64,000 bases of DNA. Origin: Chrysemys picta bellii. Taxonomy: Eukaryota. The stretch covers positions 10,478,001 through 10,542,000 of the forward strand of contig NC_088815.1 of the NCBI RefSeq assembly GCF_011386835.1, read 5' to 3'. Every line of letters starts with the position of its first letter. Within the stretch, counting starts at the first letter, position 1. Positions 59,772 to 64,000 of this stretch are shown in pieces. The notes beneath the pieces are model-generated. The model had not been told where the DNA came from. It did not search any database and worked only from the letters and a program-made list of their open reading frames with translations. Both the position numbers and the translations under genes were made by a program.

Positions 59772-60989
59772 TGCTAGAGTGTGTAACATAGTGACCATGA
59801 GCAGTAACAGTCTAAAAGAAAAGCTTGTCCCCATATAACAAGGGGTAATTTTGCTTCCCCCTTACAGGCCAAAAGTGAAAGTTAAGGCCGAACAAAGTAA
59901 CAAAGTTCCCTTTCTCTACAGTAATGTACCTGATGGTACAAAAAAGAGTTACGTTACCTTGTCTATTTCCTCTCCTCACACCTCCACCCCAACAGTGTGT
60001 GTGTGTGGGGGGGGGAATTCTTAACAAGTGGCTCACCAACATTTCTAGGTACAGAAGCCAAGCAGCTGGCTGAGTGTTACTAGTGACATCTGGTGGGCAG
60101 CTAGGAAACACACTCAATAGCCTTGGCCAATGCATCTCCCCAGAGCAAGTAGCAAGAAATCAACCCACCAGGTTTGGTTTATATTTTGTGGATTGTAGTA
60201 GCCCCGCTGCAAAAAGGCAGAGAGCATGACCCAGACAGGGAACTCTGGGAAATGCATTTCACTCAACATGGATAGAACATTTCACGCTAAACACACCTGA
60301 TGAGAACATCAAGGTGTGAAGACAAGGGCAGCTAGGGTCTGAGGCCCAAGACATTGTTGTATAATGCTTAACTAAGCCCAGGACTTCCAGTGAATAAGCG
60401 GCCATGAAATTACAGCTCCTAGCACTCAACCCTCCATGTTTACATGAGCGACCAGTTCACGATAGAGCAGTGCATGCCAGGCCTTGTACAGGTGAAGCTT
60501 GCAGAGACGACAATTCTTCTGTCAACGAATGCGGTCTACACCGGGGATTAGGTTGGCATGACAACGTCTCTCAGGGGTGTGGATTTTTCACACCCCTGAG
60601 AGATATAGCTAAACCAATGTAAGGTTTCAGTGTAGACCAGCCCTTACTTGAGATTACTAAAATCCAAAAATACAGGTAACTCCCTCTTTCCCCGAGGAGG
60701 GACTGTTTCATAGTTCAGGCAGAGGAGAGTTCAGGCACTGGGGTTCTAGTCACATTTCCAAAGGCTTAGGTTGCACCTGGCAAGTCACTTTACTTTTGTG
60801 CCTCAGAGTCCCCAGCTGTAAAATGGGGATAACTAGGTCTCCTGCAGATAAATGGTGCTACAGAAGGTCAGAACATTCAAGCGGCCCCTTCACCGATATG
60901 AGGCAGCTCCCACCTGCTGGAGAAGTTACTTAGCCAACTGGGGGTGGGAGGAGGGGAGTAGCAAACACACACATCACCAGAACAGGTTT

Positions 60990-63900
60990 TAGGAACAAAA
61001 TTTATTCCAATTTCAAACAGAGAATTTATTTCAGGAGAAAGATATGAAAATCAATTTCCATCAGGTATTTCTGCCCAGGAGCCAGAGCAGGACTGTTCCA
61101 AGAGATCGTCACACTCCTAGACTGGAAAAGAGAGTCTGGAGCCTGGAACTCAGAGTCAGAAACTCCTTTCCCCTCCCCCATCCCCTCCCCCCCCCACCCT
61201 AACACGCACAACAATACATGCATTTCAAATGACAAGGTTTAAAAACAGCATTTTATATAGCATCTTTTTAAATAGGATGTTTAAATTGTTTAAATCAGGA
61301 TCCTATAATATACAAGTATAACCAAATAATTTCCACCACATTGGCACTTGTAAAGAGTCTCTGGCACTACTAAAGAAGGGGCATTGGCACAAACCATACT
61401 TTTAAAACTGGGTGCTGCATTACAGACTTTACCTCGGCTGGACTCTAACAACCTGGGTTTGTATAGTACAATACGATGGTCAGCACACGCCGAAAGCACA
61501 TTTTAAAAAGTTACCAAGTAATAAAACACGTGGGGGGGAAAAAAAAAAAAACACCCCGTAGCTGAAGGTAATGCCAACATCACTAGGAAGCAACAACAGC
61601 AGACCGAAGAATCCGATTCCAGGAGAAAGGGAAACAGGGAGGGGCAGTTGCTCACCATATGATTGATCCTTATGGAATGATGCAAGGAAACCGGACGCCA
61701 ATGCAAGGAAAATCAGGACGAACTTCTCCACACCTCCCTCCCGCCATGGGTCTCTCCACTGTAAAGTTTAGGACGACTCGGAGTAGACCTGTTTCAGAAA
61801 GTGCACTATGAACAGAGCTTGGCCAAGAGGCTGTTTCCTCAGCCTAAGATTCGGGATTCTTACATGTGAATCTCAACAGACTTCTGTCCTGAGCTTCAAT
61901 CCCTTGTTCCTGGGAAATCCTGACCAGCCCTATCACCGAAGAGGATGAGATAGGCAAGTTTGGTTTTCGATTTGGCACTTTCACTAGAGCACGCATCTGT
62001 TGTGGGGTCTGCCCCCAGAGATGCAGAGCAGCGCTGGTTCTGCAAGAATGCTTCACGATCTAAGAAGAAGGCAAACAAAACATCTCTCGCCACGCAGGGG
62101 CGGCTAATCCCCCTGCCTTCTCTTCTATGCTACAACCCACAGACATCTCTGGATTCTGTGCACAACTCTGACCTGTTCCTTCTCTAGGTCAGATGAGATT
62201 TCAGAAACATGTTGTGGGACAGCCCTAACATGTGATATCCCCACCCAATTACCCTCAAGCCCAACTGGTGACCAGGCCAATAGCTATGCCAAGCAACGGA
62301 GCAGGAGGGTAAACAGCATGTGCTCCAATCTTTAGTAAAGCCCAAAATCCTTCCAGAATTCATCACAGCTAGACAAATGCACTCTGTTCCACACAATGGA
62401 TGACACAAGATCCCTCCTTCTGTGCCAGGTCAACATCTCTTCTCTTGGCAGGTAGAGGGACGATACCCACACAGATTCAAGTGGGAAGTGACACCATCAT
62501 TAACCTTGGAAAGAAACCTCTGGGACATTTGTTCCAAGAATCTGAATCCCTTAGCGCCAAGTCCACTGCCGGCAATTGGATGCAGCGCAAACCACTCATA
62601 AGATCAGGGAAGCAGGAGAACTGGCACACCGTATGTTCCAGAAGAACGGCATTTAGAATAGACCGAAGACGATTATAAAATCCTCTTCATAGAACACTTT
62701 CGAGAAAAAGGATCATTTTGGCATAAAGACAAAAACGCGGTAAAATTGGTGCAAAGCTGTCTGGCATACGAGAGAATCCCTCCCTTGTTTCTCCTAAACG
62801 TTAGGCAGGATCAGGAATGTAGTGATTCTACAAGCAGCTGCTACCCTACTCTCAGCCAGACCTGGGTTCTCTACTTGTTGGTCCCAAGGCTATTACTCCA
62901 ATACCAGCTCTCTGATACAGCCAGGTATCACCTCCAAGAGCTTTCTTTCTTCTGTAGTGCTCGGTGAAATACAGTAGTCTTCCCTCTCCTGTTTTGGAAA
63001 ACACGAGGGAGCCCTAAAACAGAACGACTGGAAAGTAGTGTGAACTCCAGATTTAGTGTTACACATCAAAGGCATCTGGGGCAGTTCAATTTCATTACAT
63101 TTTGTGCAAAACACCGATGTAGTGCTCAGTCTACAAATGAGACAACAAAATACTGGACACCCCCTTCAACCGTGCAGCTTGGGAGATTAGGGCCTTTGTT
63201 AGCCTTAAGCGACCAACAGCAGTCTAGAAGCAACTGAAGCCGTGTCTGGTTTATCCAGAGAATTTGGACCCAATGCTACTCGTTGGAATTGTAATAGAAC
63301 CATTAGTGTTGCCCATATTTCACAGATGTCCAGAGGTGGGACAGATGCCACTGTTCCTTACTCACTGCTTGCCTTGCCATTGCAGTCTTCCTCTAGGCAG
63401 ATACAAGAGGAAGCAGAGCTTTGGTACATTTGCTCACTCACCTGCGCTTCTGGAAGCCTATAAAACGAGACAGAAGGGCTTGAAGCCCTCAGTTGAGTGG
63501 AATTCAATATGGCACCTAGAATCCATTCCGAGGAACACCTGTATCAACAAACCCAGCTGCCTTCCCCTGTACTAGCCTGCTGTCCATCCCACCACAGGAT
63601 TCTCACTTCAGCAACACGCTCCAAAAGTGGCTGCTGTACTCTCAATTATCAGGCACCCTGCACCTCTGGAGCAAATATCTGTGCAAGTGCTCCAAAGAGA
63701 ATCCATGCTCCTCTAAAGAAAAACCACAGCAGCATCTGTCTCGGGGAGAGCACAGACAGGAAAATAGTAATAGAACTCCCCAACTCCTCCTAAAACTTTT
63801 CACAATCTTTTCAAGCAGTAAGAATCCTCCCCACACCCCAGAGTCCGTGTCACCCAACTCCGGTCCTTTCTAGGCAATTTGCGAGCTGGGCAGGAATGAA

Positions 63901-64000
63901 GCACCCTTACAAATGCACACAGCTGGCACAAAATGTGATGAGGATTTCCTTGCTGTTCACAGCACGCAAGAGAACCAAAGCGTGGCACGTGACATCTCAG
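60990..64000 (-). other. Probable ~3 kb 3' UTR of the next minus-strand gene, by synteny GNA11
   Basis: Tandem minus-strand AATAAA at 61001-61006 and 61025-61030, AU-rich tracts, no recognisable TEs over 3 kb. Gene identity is inferred from human order only; no coding sequence is visible. Confidence 0.45.

Overview
Vertebrate genomic DNA, almost certainly turtle (tortoise-type tRNA/CR1-tail SINEs, CR1 tails ending in ATTCTATG, turtle-type hAT/Harbinger MITEs, Penelope-like ends). It matches the human 19p13.3 GNA11-GNA15-S1PR4-NCLN block. Minus strand: S1PR4 (CDS 3832-5079/5142), a complete 7-exon GNA15 (47153-52627) and probably the 3' UTR of the next gene, by synteny GNA11 (about 61000-64000). 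Between S1PR4 and GNA15, on the plus strand, lies a cluster of three 5-exon granule-type serine protease genes (each 243 codons, chymase/cathepsin G/granzyme B-like scaffold lacking Cys191-Cys220) plus an orphan 3' end of a fourth copy. The paralogs show different fates. Gene A (12814-16626) has an intact triad but has lost its ATG (ACG), its exon-2 acceptor (GG) and its promoter RUNX site. Gene B (27589-30169) is intact with a trypsin-like Asp189 pocket. Gene C (34406-41958) is fully intact in ORF, splice sites and promoter, but its catalytic Ser195 is Asp (GDDGG), its S1 pocket is remodelled and it is strongly cationic. Gene C is the top candidate: a conserved pseudoprotease, possibly an independent azurocidin-like invention. 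Coordinates, alignments and charge counts were done by hand. Family and ortholog comparisons rely on remembered reference sequences and need database confirmation.
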